Shown here piece after piece: positions 17,901 through 25,768 of a DNA stretch of 34,772 nt. The notes under the pieces are model-generated. The model was not told where the DNA came from. It saw only the letters and a program-made list of their open reading frames with translations, and searched no databases. Location: assembly GCA_016839605.1 (NCBI GenBank), contig JAEOTX010000180.1:1-34772 (forward strand). The letters run 5' to 3'. Source of the DNA: Candidatus Thorarchaeota archaeon (lineage in GTDB: Archaea > Asgardarchaeota > Thorarchaeia > Thorarchaeales > Thorarchaeaceae). The position numbers and the translations under genes were made by a program. Position 1 is the stretch's first letter. Each line of letters begins with the position of its first letter.

Positions 17901-18808
17901 GCTGCGCTAAGATGTGAATCCATGCTAGAGATAGTTTCATCAAGAGCTTTTGTTGCTGCGCCTATAGACGAGATGGAATCATCCGATGCAGCGGTGGATT
18001 TCATCAGAATCTCTGCTGTCATCACGTCTACAGCGGCTCCCAGTAAGTTTTTCGAAGCTGCTAGTGCTTGCGATACTGACTCTCTCAGTGTTTGGGTTAA
18101 CGATAGAAGCTCTTTCTCCAGGGTTTTCATTGCGGTGGTAGAAGCCTTGCGTTCATCGGTGAGCCATTTTTTGAAGCTACGAGAGATACTATTTGCTGTT
18201 TGATTAAGCTGTTTTTGGCTCTTATCAAGCTCTAATTGGAGAGTCGATAGTCGTGTGCCAAGCCCATCATCAATGGAGAGGTCAAACGACTTCGTCGCAT
18301 CTTCAATACTCGTGGTGAACTCAGCGAGAGTGGCTGTTGCAACTGATGTTATGACTTCGACCTGTGACTGAACAGCTGCAATCATATCAGTTTCATATGA
18401 CTGGAATGCCACTTTCCCATCATCCATGGTGTTCTTGTGGGAATCGGAAACCGCATTTATTGATTCGTCAATTCTCTCAAGATGTCCTTCGAACAACTTT
18501 TGGAATTTCTCTGAATTGGACTTCAAATCATCTCGCACTGAAGACAATGATCCCTCCAATGCAAAGATGGTTGGTGATAGGCGAAAAATGGGGACAACAC
18601 CTTCGATTCGAGTCACTAATCCCTTCTTCTCCAATCGTACCAATGCCCTTTCGACTTTGTCGAGGGCTTCGCCTGAAGCCATAGAAATCCCTCCAGCTGT
18701 CATGTTGCCACCAACAAACACTGGAAGGATAGCCTTGGCCTCGATATTCGTAATTCCCAAACTTCTTTTTAATACTGGAATGCTTTCAGCTAATACATTT
18801 CCACTCAA
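14903..18808 (-). CDS. TrmB-family protein with N-terminal wHTH, ~1100-aa helical/coiled-coil insert and C-terminal TrmB effector-like domain
   Basis: N-terminus LGITNIEAKAILP...MTAGGIS...KVERALVRLEKKGLV. C-terminus WYLTGTDEICAHMLDMVSRAEKSVVL...LALIDKSELLVG. The middle is Pro-poor and rich in Ala/Ser/Glu/Leu. Start TTG 18808 (or GTG 18820). Confidence 0.8.
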   Translation of the reverse strand: MSGNVLAESIPVLKRSLGITNIEAKAILPVFVGGNMTAGGISMASGEALDKVERALVRLEKKGLVTRIEGVVPIFRLSPTIFALEGSLSSVRDDLKSNSEKFQKLFEGHLERIDESINAVSDSHKNTMDDGKVAFQSYETDMIAAVQSQVEVITSVATATLAEFTTSIEDATKSFDLSIDDGLGTRLSTLQLELDKSQKQLNQTANSISRSFKKWLTDERKASTTAMKTLEKELLSLTQTLRESVSQALAASKNLLGAAVDVMTAEILMKSTAASDDSISSIGAATKALDETISSMDSHLSAAFLAADESLKEIGVKGRTGIAEESEAVRSRIEAALELCESAKASIGAWKEEVATFGEVGMQSLRLQLDRVSATEVDYLDNVKAAVTGNLEKTQAQFATEYQTLKDMSMEGISQFESHLNSCRTSTLDLLKRQLKSQEKSLDAANLELQSSIERWSTKTMKNVDTKLSRIVTDVSKTLDTEVSEMDTLVESIDSRLKSAFSTVMSTSSTKHESALTAAKKATHDFEADFGQRLSEIGAGYASTTRSQIQDAKSLYKNLNEKLDERLVQGVGALTSHANKVQREIDKALKGQVVRIDQHALGIREEFHTHLDDLTQQFTNLIKGLEATFNGFLSSQTSEARDLIASAHTEFKGILKTEMSSLQEDSQLLQEEFSSELGGRIDELVGAADTIKRALDELSVEKRTDISESMADTLNRIEEAVKSTEDALNEIESGTIRQFGENLLQVSKEFSATVTGARDSIAERVASINESTQDGLTKNTGEIRTIINSYTESQHESGNLLLASTSNKMDALASKLVKTSNANVEVFQNSLSDKETSRLESARAIREEALAAIEERRSEVALVFTGASETIETSAGNLTFSLEQLANKLDNEMSTLGGKLAKAADATAVKVIERGEKNLKELETKRRSIFKKTESDLKAQTVKFSDEAMDVLTKAAEPLSDLPKTLTELVTASATDTTKQIRQHGTEVEVALETDISDFTEASKSISSTSRTLIDGMIAQATKNLESALEEAKQGAIVSNQYASRKLESMGIELKTHVRSESARLTERTQNEFTAKNAEIAGAAAKAMNDATDGLSANRQTRNDAFNNLSEHVDKMLRQWSTEQKKDLGSFKGSVEAAIGVISELANQTIETIEAAKSAREELSSVSSDKTWYLTGTDEICAHMLDMVSRAEKSVVLSVLDLECLNLRKLAKAKGPRRKILVIPETEEPDLTLRALEGWSVWQTKTPTTLALIDKSELLVGGSEISDTPLAVVSRDESYLRLYHDYLGPMLTKKRKDLAKA

Positions 18809-18852
18809 GATGAATCCCACCGCTTGTGATTCAGGAAGGAGTCCATGTTGGA

Positions 18853-19668
18853 CTACTTCGGTTTCTTACGCCGTTTGGATTTGGAAATTCCTTCAAAGAG
18901 AGCAACCAAATCCGTCACTTCAAAAGGAGACTCTCCTCCATTCGAAATGACTTCAGCCTCAACGCGCCCAGATCCATTGGCGAGGTCTATGTACAAATCC
19001 TCAAATCTATTGAGAATGCTATCATCCAGCAACGACCTCTCTTTTGAGGGCTTGGCACCATCAAGCTCTATGGTCAAGAGCCACCAATTTGTTGCCATAT
19101 TAGATACAGAGGCATTGATGCCGTAATGCTTTGATAATAGCTCCGCATACATTCTGAAGACCTGGTAAGTATCTACTTCATGATGACGAGGATTAACTAT
19201 GACAATCCCTCTAGCAAAATCAAAATGGAAAATTATATCATCCCCGGCAATAAGCTTGATGTTGTCCTCTTGGACAACTGAGGTCTTTTTCCAGATCTTC
19301 TTGAATCGAGAGAGAAAGTGTTTGATTGAGCTGACTCTCAGTGTCGAAAGAAAGTCCTTCGTCTGAAGACGTCGGTCAATCATCCCTCTACCTTTCCTCT
19401 CAAGAATGAAACGTTTTATTTGCTCCAAGTATTGACTGTAGCAGAAGCCCGGCAGATCCTCTGGCTCAACACCAATCTCAATTAGCATGTTGAGGAAGTT
19501 GCGGTTCTTGCAGGCTGGTCTAACCGTGCAACCCAAGCGATCTTCCTGACATTCACGACATCGCTCTTCATATAGCTCAATAAACTCCTTTGCCAATTGA
19601 TTATCAGCAGGGAGGTCCAAAAGCTCCATTCGTGTCGCAAGATCATCAGCATGTTTCTTCAGTTTCAT
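18853..19668 (-). CDS. Hypothetical protein with N-terminal Cys cluster
   Basis: 271 aa; CRECQEDRLGCTVRPAC...FCY; directly upstream of and co-oriented with the TrmB-coil gene. Confidence 0.8.
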   Translation of the reverse strand: MKLKKHADDLATRMELLDLPADNQLAKEFIELYEERCRECQEDRLGCTVRPACKNRNFLNMLIEIGVEPEDLPGFCYSQYLEQIKRFILERKGRGMIDRRLQTKDFLSTLRVSSIKHFLSRFKKIWKKTSVVQEDNIKLIAGDDIIFHFDFARGIVIVNPRHHEVDTYQVFRMYAELLSKHYGINASVSNMATNWWLLTIELDGAKPSKERSLLDDSILNRFEDLYIDLANGSGRVEAEVISNGGESPFEVTDLVALFEGISKSKRRKKPK

Positions 19669-19857
19669 TACTTAGTTCAACTCTGATTGGGTTCAGACTT
19701 CTAATAGACCTGAGGGAGTCTGATCAACCTCGACCATTTCAAGTGTAGCACGTAAGGCTCCAGATGCGAATGCGCGTTTCAGTTTGATAAGTTTATGGCA
19801 GGCGATATGCTTCTCAACCGAATTTCGGGTATGTTTTTCCGATGAAAATAGAGGGAT

Positions 19858-20760
19858 TTAGCTGCTCTTGGCCATTTCCTTTAGCTTGCTTGCCCAACTT
19901 CGAATCTCAGTATTCAAATTCGCTATATCATTTTCATTGAGTGTAGCTGTAGGCGGATATGACTTCAGCTCTCGTGCTTTCTTTCCAAATTGGAATAGAA
20001 CTGGAGTGTGACCTGAAATCATCGTTGTCAAAGTATCACGAGTTTCTTCCAACACTCGAGCCATTTCACGGGCCTCAGTCTGAGGAGATACTTGTTTCAG
20101 AAGGCTTTTCATAATATCATCAATTGTAGACTTGCTGACCTTCTTTGGAGGAGCTTCCTTTTCTTCCTCTGCTTTCTCCTTAACGGTCTTCTTTGGCGTC
20201 TTCTTGGCAGGCTTCTCTTCGGCTTCGGCTGGAGCAGATGCAGGGAGACTGGTCAGGGTTTCGAGTGCATCTTCAATCTTGTCAATAGCCAGATTGTACT
20301 TACGCTCTATGTCATCGAGCTGGCGGACTATTATTCCGACTATTTCTTTCGTTTCTGTCAGAGATCCTGAAACCTCCTGAACCGTGTCCTCAAGGCCTGA
20401 GAGTCCAGCGACGTATTGTTGTAGGTCATCCATTTTCTTGGAGATGACGTCACCATCAAAAGAACTAACCATCTCTTCGATTTGCTTCCCCACATCAGCA
20501 GCTGTACTAGAGCTGCTCATTTCGTTATTGAGATCTGATAATCCGACAAGGATATCATCCACTTTCTTAAAGAGAACTTCCATCTCCTTTGAGTCTCGAA
20601 CCTCAACAATGTCGGAAGCCATTGACTCTACTTTCTTGTCAATTCCTTTCACTGAAGAAAGTGCTTCTAATTCCTTCTTAACGGAGGCGAGATCGTCTGT
20701 GACTTTATCGATCTTCTTTTCAATTGCTTCAAGAGCTGCGTCGGATTTGTCGCGTGGCAT
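19858..20760 (-). CDS. Hypothetical coiled-coil protein with Lys/Glu linker and small C-terminal helical domain
   Basis: 300 aa; heptad pattern IEKKIDKVTDDLASVKKELEAL; PAKKTPKK linker. Confidence 0.8.
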   Translation of the reverse strand: MPRDKSDAALEAIEKKIDKVTDDLASVKKELEALSSVKGIDKKVESMASDIVEVRDSKEMEVLFKKVDDILVGLSDLNNEMSSSSTAADVGKQIEEMVSSFDGDVISKKMDDLQQYVAGLSGLEDTVQEVSGSLTETKEIVGIIVRQLDDIERKYNLAIDKIEDALETLTSLPASAPAEAEEKPAKKTPKKTVKEKAEEEKEAPPKKVSKSTIDDIMKSLLKQVSPQTEAREMARVLEETRDTLTTMISGHTPVLFQFGKKARELKSYPPTATLNENDIANLNTEIRSWASKLKEMAKSS

Positions 20761-20857
20761 GAAAGCACCCCAACCTAGTTTCTGGTTATGTGGTGGAGCA
20801 CAGCCGCAGCATATTTAGATTTTCGGGATGCATGCGGACTCTTGTATTGACAGTTGC

Positions 20858-21682
20858 CTATAGCTTACTTGCACGCACAACTGGTATTCCAAGGTTTTCC
20901 AGAATCGGAAAAAGCACCGCTTTGTTCTCCGCGTTGGTCCCCTTCCAGTCAATTATCGCTTGTTCTATCTTCTGCGCACTACGTTTCAACATCTGCGAAA
21001 CAACATCAGCAGTTATTTCCGTAAGTGCGTACTTTGGAGCCATATGTCCGATGATAATGCCTTTTTCAAGAACAAGTTTGTTGAATTTGCTGGCATAATG
21101 GGTACCACCAAATCCAATTGATGCTGTACCTGTTAACGGTTCCTTAATGCAATCCATCACAGCTGCGGCAACAGCGCGGGCTCCTTCTTCGTGTTCCCAA
21201 AACTGCTCATTACTTCCAAGCTCCACAAAAACAACCGGGGTGTTCATAGATGTGGGTCCATGATGTGTGACTTCCAGTGTAACGTCAAATTCACCAAGAT
21301 TTCGCTCAACTTTTTGTCTCTGAAGGCTCTTCAGGGCAACGGAAACAAGAGATGGTGCTGAAACAGAAAGCTGTTTTGGATTTCCTCCGAAATCAGCCTG
21401 AGAACCGAAATTGCCTGTGCTATGGACGAGTAGAGCAGGCTTGCCTGATGCAGCTCTGTGGCGGGAGCAATAGATAAAGACCTCCGCATCGAAATGCTGT
21501 TCCAAGTATCCAGAATGGATCATGTCATGATTGATTGTGATTAGTATTGTAGATGCATCGAGTCGATACACAGGATTTCCTTCAAAGATTTCATCGGTCT
21601 TTTCGAATCCGTGTTCATCACGAAGAGATTTTCCAATGGTCTGACTAGCGATGTCTTCCGTAGAAGTCACAAGAATCCTCAT
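20858..21682 (-). CDS. dtdA: D-aminoacyl-tRNA deacylase (archaeal DTD2/GEK1 type)
   Basis: SRH, VHSTGN, LEVTHHGPT, FVELGS, GFGGTHYA, GHMAPKY and IDWKG motifs. Confidence 0.95.
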   Translation of the reverse strand: MRILVTSTEDIASQTIGKSLRDEHGFEKTDEIFEGNPVYRLDASTILITINHDMIHSGYLEQHFDAEVFIYCSRHRAASGKPALLVHSTGNFGSQADFGGNPKQLSVSAPSLVSVALKSLQRQKVERNLGEFDVTLEVTHHGPTSMNTPVVFVELGSNEQFWEHEEGARAVAAAVMDCIKEPLTGTASIGFGGTHYASKFNKLVLEKGIIIGHMAPKYALTEITADVVSQMLKRSAQKIEQAIIDWKGTNAENKAVLFPILENLGIPVVRASKL

Positions 21683-21697
21683 GTAATCACCAAGAGC

Positions 21698-22933
21698 TTA
21701 AGCGACATTTGTCTTATCGAGAAGTGGCTCAAGAGAGATCTCCATCTGAAGCCTTACTTTTTCTTCGAAAGACTCCAGTATCTCGGATTCAATTCTCACT
21801 TTGAAATCCTTTGCTCGAGCAATCTCACGTTTAATGTCGTCTCTGATTCTCAGCATATCGCTGCGATGATAATCAAGGTTCTTTTCAGCTTCATTCAGTG
21901 CCTCTTGGAGCTTAGCGCTTTTGGCATAAACATCAGAATCAGCAAACGCATGACGTTTCTCTTCCAATTCCTTTGCTTTCCCTTGAAGCTCATCTAGAGA
22001 GCCATTGCTAATTGCTTGGACTTCCTCGATTGCCCTTCGGGCCAGTCGATCTTTCATGGGAAGCTTGCCCCTCTCAATTGCCTCTCTAAGCCCAGTCAAG
22101 CCCTCCAACAAGCCAGGATATCCAATTGGCTCTTCCACGATGGCATCATAGGGGTTCTCAAAGTAGTCGTTCAACGCCTTCTGTCCTGTAGCACTCACTC
22201 GCACTCCTGTATCATGTTGGAAGAATTTCTTCACCTGTTTCTTAAGAGGGTTCAATTTCATTCTGAGCAGACCTGCTACATGGTCTGCCTCAGAATCAAT
22301 GTTCAGCAAATCTGCGACATTCGAGGTTTCAATGAATTCATTGTAGGCGTTCTGTGCTTCATCTAATTCGCTCCTTGCTGTTTCAATCTTCGTTCGAGTG
22401 GTACGGATCTGTTCCTCGTAGACCTCTTTACTGAAGCCAAGGTCTTGGAGAGTCTGAATTCTACCTCCGATGCGCTCTAAATCCTTGAGCCAGCTGAACT
22501 CGTAGAGGAGTTTCTGAATCTTGTTCATCTCCGACATGAGCTCCTTCATGCTGACATCCAACTGCTTGATAGTGCTCTTGTGCTTCTTATCCATCCGTCT
22601 AATCCAACGAGCACCAGCACCCCAGAGTTCTTGAATGAAACTTCGAATCTCGTCTTGAAGAGCCTCAGTACTTTCATACGTGATATCCTTGCCGACGTAG
22701 AAGTCATTGGTAATATCTTCGACCTTCATTGCGAATCTCGTCGCAATTCCTATGGAGTCATGGTCGTCATCTTCTCCGGGCTCTTTCAGGTTCCGTGACA
22801 TTTCCTGAATATCCTTCAGCGACCTCTCTGCAACCCTGTAGCTCTTCTCGGCCTTCTTCGTGAAATCTTTGGACCTCTTGGCCAAGCGCTTGCGATACCA
22901 TTTCTGTAACTGCTCGATTGTGAGGGTTGTCAT
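21698..22933 (-). CDS. Hypothetical helical/coiled-coil protein
   Basis: 411-aa charged helical ORF; AGGTGG SD; no recognisable motif. Confidence 0.8.
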   Translation of the reverse strand: MTTLTIEQLQKWYRKRLAKRSKDFTKKAEKSYRVAERSLKDIQEMSRNLKEPGEDDDHDSIGIATRFAMKVEDITNDFYVGKDITYESTEALQDEIRSFIQELWGAGARWIRRMDKKHKSTIKQLDVSMKELMSEMNKIQKLLYEFSWLKDLERIGGRIQTLQDLGFSKEVYEEQIRTTRTKIETARSELDEAQNAYNEFIETSNVADLLNIDSEADHVAGLLRMKLNPLKKQVKKFFQHDTGVRVSATGQKALNDYFENPYDAIVEEPIGYPGLLEGLTGLREAIERGKLPMKDRLARRAIEEVQAISNGSLDELQGKAKELEEKRHAFADSDVYAKSAKLQEALNEAEKNLDYHRSDMLRIRDDIKREIARAKDFKVRIESEILESFEEKVRLQMEISLEPLLDKTNVA

Positions 22934-23075
22934 TAGAAGTCCACCTGAGATTCGACAGGGTTTTCCGAGTGCACTTTATCAACTTTGTGACCTGAGCGTT
23001 GAGGCATAAATGACGGATGGTAGAGCTTTTAACTTCAAGAAACTCGGAGAAACCAGCATAGGAACGTGGTCGGTC

Positions 23076-23879
23076 ATGTCCGAGATCTTTGAAACCGGTA
23101 ACCGACGTCCAAGGCTCGACATCAGTTATGCTGTCGAATGTGCGTCATGAGGCGTGGGTCGCATCGGTTTCTACATTAGACGCCTCGGACTGATAGATCC
23201 CACCGGAAAGGAACGACTGCTGCTCAAGAATCCTGCGGACTATAAAGGCGGAATCTGGGCGTCGTATGTCGTGGATGGGACAGTTGCTGTCGTTGAGTCG
23301 ATTGAAGCCGAAACCATCTCTGTGGCGGAACGCAGACAGGAAAAGGGTAGCCTCAGTCTGATGTTGAACCACACGCCTCAAGAATTTGAGGAACCTGTGG
23401 TCACCTTCACGCTAGACATGTGGAGCTACAACAAACCAGTCTTATTGCTCCAGCATACGACAACGAACGTCAGTTCTAGCTACGTCCAAGACCTGAAGGC
23501 CTACAGTATCTTTGACTTCGACATTGGAGGTCCGATGAGCTACAAGGACGATAAGGGCACATTTGACGATGAGAACGGACTCGTCATAGCCTATGACGAA
23601 AGCCAGCTCTCTGTGGCTATGTCCTCACGGCCAAAACCAGATGGGTGGGAGATATCATCTCCACTGAAGCTCAAAGTAGAATCAGATAATCGCGACCTGA
23701 AGAACAACCCCGAATTGGGGCCGATGGACATTGCCACCGCTCTGCAATGCAACTTAGGCGATTTACAGCCGGGTGATAGCAGAACGGTAGAAATTGTCCT
23801 CGCCTCCGCGCACGGCCTAGACGAGGTAAGAAGCCTCATTGATGCGTCATGGGGCTTTTTCAAGAAGAAAATCCGATGA
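23076..23879 (+). CDS. Candidate selenoprotein (Sec25 in CxxU), 267 aa, unknown beta-rich family
   Basis: ATG 23076 gives MSEIFETGNRRPRLDISYAVECAS-TGA(23148-50)-G, in frame with ORF 23154..23879. A SECIS-like hairpin overlaps the stop codon. Confidence 0.85.
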
Positions 23880-23920
23880 AATCTACACCTAAAGCAATGC
23901 GGTGTCGATTGAGGCCGGGT
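23871..23920 (+). promoter_or_regulatory. Eukaryote-like type II SECIS element
   Basis: Helix I ATCCG/CGGGT. Core A-TGAA (23876-80) / TGAG (23910-13). Helix II ATCTACACC/GGTGTCGAT (8 of 9 paired). Apical AAA (23891-93) plus mini-stem GC-AAT-GC. Confidence 0.85.
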
Positions 23921-23940
23921 AGCAACCCGTGGAACGCAGC

Positions 23941-23990
23941 AGAAAAAAAGGAATGAGATGGGGTCACTCGTGAAGTGATCCCACTTCTCA
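23941..23990 (-). terminator. Hairpin plus T-tract terminator for the minus-strand wHTH gene
   Basis: TGGGGTCACT/AGTGATCCCA stem with outer TGAGA/TCTCA, followed on the minus strand by CCTTTTTTTCT. Confidence 0.65.
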
Positions 23991-23996
23991 CTCACA

Positions 23997-24380
23997 TTAC
24001 TGTTCTTCAAGGAAGTTAGCCAGCATCACAGCGGTTGCCGTGAGCTTTGCCAGCTGTCCTCTGTTTTCCATATCACCACCAGATAACAAACCCATGTCCA
24101 TTAAGGAACGGAGGTTCCATTTCACAGTACTATAGGCTACTGAAGTCCTGCGAGATACTAGGTCTGCTAACGCCGTCACTGTCAGATCATAATGCCTTAA
24201 CAGCTGTGCACTCACTCTCAGAACATGTTTCTGAGTCTCACTCATTCTCATATCTGCTAGAGATAGGAATGATGCAGCGAGGCTCTCAAAAGAAGGCTTG
24301 GCGAAAGGTTTGTGACTCTCTTGGAATACCTGGTTGGCACTAGAGAATACATTCACCTCTTTGGCGAATTTGGCACTCAC
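23997..24380 (-). CDS. Winged helix-turn-helix protein (start uncertain)
   Basis: MSETQKHVL...TVTALADLVSRRTSVAYSTVKWNLRSLMDMGLL...AKLT. Confidence 0.8.
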   Translation of the reverse strand: MSAKFAKEVNVFSSANQVFQESHKPFAKPSFESLAASFLSLADMRMSETQKHVLRVSAQLLRHYDLTVTALADLVSRRTSVAYSTVKWNLRSLMDMGLLSGGDMENRGQLAKLTATAVMLANFLEEQ

Positions 24381-24531
24381 CTCTAGCCTGTAAGACCCGA
24401 CATCGATGGGCGGTGGTCGTTGATTCTACACCCATTTCGTTTTTCACCTCGTATTAAGGGTCAAATTCACGCTCTAGATATTCACACTTAAGCGTTTGTA
24501 GTAACCCGTTTTTGAGTAAAGAATGAGGAAG

Positions 24532-25053
24532 TCATCGCATTTCTTCTGGAATATCCAGTCCGAGAGAACCCAGTTTTGCAAATCCCTGACTATACAGACT
24601 CATGTGATGGCGAATATCTTCCTCAATTTCAGCTAGAGAGGATAGAAAGGGCACGATCTCTTCTAAGTCGCTTTTCTTGTATTCATCCATCATCGTGTGA
24701 ATAACATCACTCATTCCAAGCATTGCCCCTTGGATGACCTCGCTCAGGTCGATCATCGATTGAACAACTTCTCGTGCATCAGGGTCGGGCATATAGGGCA
24801 TGAAGTCTTCTAGTGCCACACTGGTTTCTATTGTCTTTTCAACACGACCAGGTATAATCTCATCATACATCGAATGCATCCAGCCAAGACGTTCCTCAGA
24901 TGTAAGTCCTCTGAGATTATCTAGGGAGAAATAACCTGTCCAAGGACCGAATTCGGAACTCTCATACTGAATCCAGTTGTCAAAGGCACCTAGAACTCTG
25001 TGCCAACCTTCCGCGGTTTCGGACATTTGTTCATCCCGCAAGTCTGTCATCAA
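24532..25053 (-). CDS. Hypothetical acidic helical protein (start may be ATG 25026)
   Basis: 173-aa ORF with normal protein composition; no motif recognised. Confidence 0.75.
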   Translation of the reverse strand: MMTDLRDEQMSETAEGWHRVLGAFDNWIQYESSEFGPWTGYFSLDNLRGLTSEERLGWMHSMYDEIIPGRVEKTIETSVALEDFMPYMPDPDAREVVQSMIDLSEVIQGAMLGMSDVIHTMMDEYKKSDLEEIVPFLSSLAEIEEDIRHHMSLYSQGFAKLGSLGLDIPEEMR

Positions 25054-25091
25054 CGGAGGTTATAAACTAGCGTGAGCTACTCAGTGATGTC

Positions 25092-25763
25092 ATGCCAGAG
25101 ATAGCCATTTTCGATTTGATGAAGATACTGCGTGAATCCAAAGAAGACAATTGCTTGAATGAAGTCGAGAACAGACTAGGTGATGTTCTGAGGGCAGTGG
25201 GAGCTCGCAAACTTGAATCTGGCATGTGGGAGATTGAGAGATCCCTGCGAATCGACCTTGCGCTCCGCGCGGTTTCAATAGGAGCAGAGATAGAACGTGT
25301 TGTCAATCTAATGACATGGAAGGACTTCGAAGGTTTTGTTGCGAATATACTGGCTGAGAACGATTACAGATGCGTAGAGAGTTTTAGAAAACGCGGCACC
25401 TCTGAAACGAAAGGAATGGAGATTGACGTCATTGGTCATAAAGGAATTGACATCATTGCGGTTGATGCCAAAATGTGGGGCAGCAGGACAGGGAAGTCCT
25501 CCGCATTGAAAACTGCCGCTGAGAAACAGAAGGAAAGAACGAAGAGGCTTTGCGAGATGTTGCCGCGCTTGTCAGAGAAAATGGGCGGTGTAGCCAGTGG
25601 TCGGTATACATTAACGCCACTCTTGGTAACTTGGATGGTGGAAGAGGTCATTATCCATGATGGAGTTCCGATAGTCCCTGTGTTCAATCTGAATTCGTTT
25701 CTTCAGGATATCGCTGTATATGAAGATATGATTGCTACTTCAACATGTGTCTATGAGGGATAA
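25092..25763 (+). CDS. PD-(D/E)XK restriction-endonuclease-like (Mrr-type) protein
   Basis: WKDFEGFVANIL, EIDVIG and VDAKMW motifs. Confidence 0.85.
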   Translation: MPEIAIFDLMKILRESKEDNCLNEVENRLGDVLRAVGARKLESGMWEIERSLRIDLALRAVSIGAEIERVVNLMTWKDFEGFVANILAENDYRCVESFRKRGTSETKGMEIDVIGHKGIDIIAVDAKMWGSRTGKSSALKTAAEKQKERTKRLCEMLPRLSEKMGGVASGRYTLTPLLVTWMVEEVIIHDGVPIVPVFNLNSFLQDIAVYEDMIATSTCVYEG

Positions 25764-25768
25764 AGAAC

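Noticed and set aside
14903-18808. SMC/Rad50 annotation for the 1300-aa protein
   Set aside because: No Walker A/B or signature motifs; the termini look like TrmB.
19690-19729. TCAGACT/AGTCTGA inverted repeat and short ORF upstream of the 271-aa gene
   Set aside because: The stem is short enough to arise by chance, and the short ORF is closed by both TGA and TAA.
23880-23978. Readthrough of the terminal TGA into NLHLKQCGVD-TGA
   Set aside because: This sequence is explained by SECIS base-pairing, and a UGA inside the SECIS is unlikely to be recoded by it.
23951-23993. Second ATGA-initiated hairpin as a tandem SECIS
   Set aside because: It has no 3' GA opposite the core and no apical AA arrangement. 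It is better explained as the minus-strand terminator with its T-tract.
25092-25763. Defence island around the Mrr-like nuclease
   Set aside because: It is a solitary gene among housekeeping genes, with no methylase, mobile element or other defence genes.
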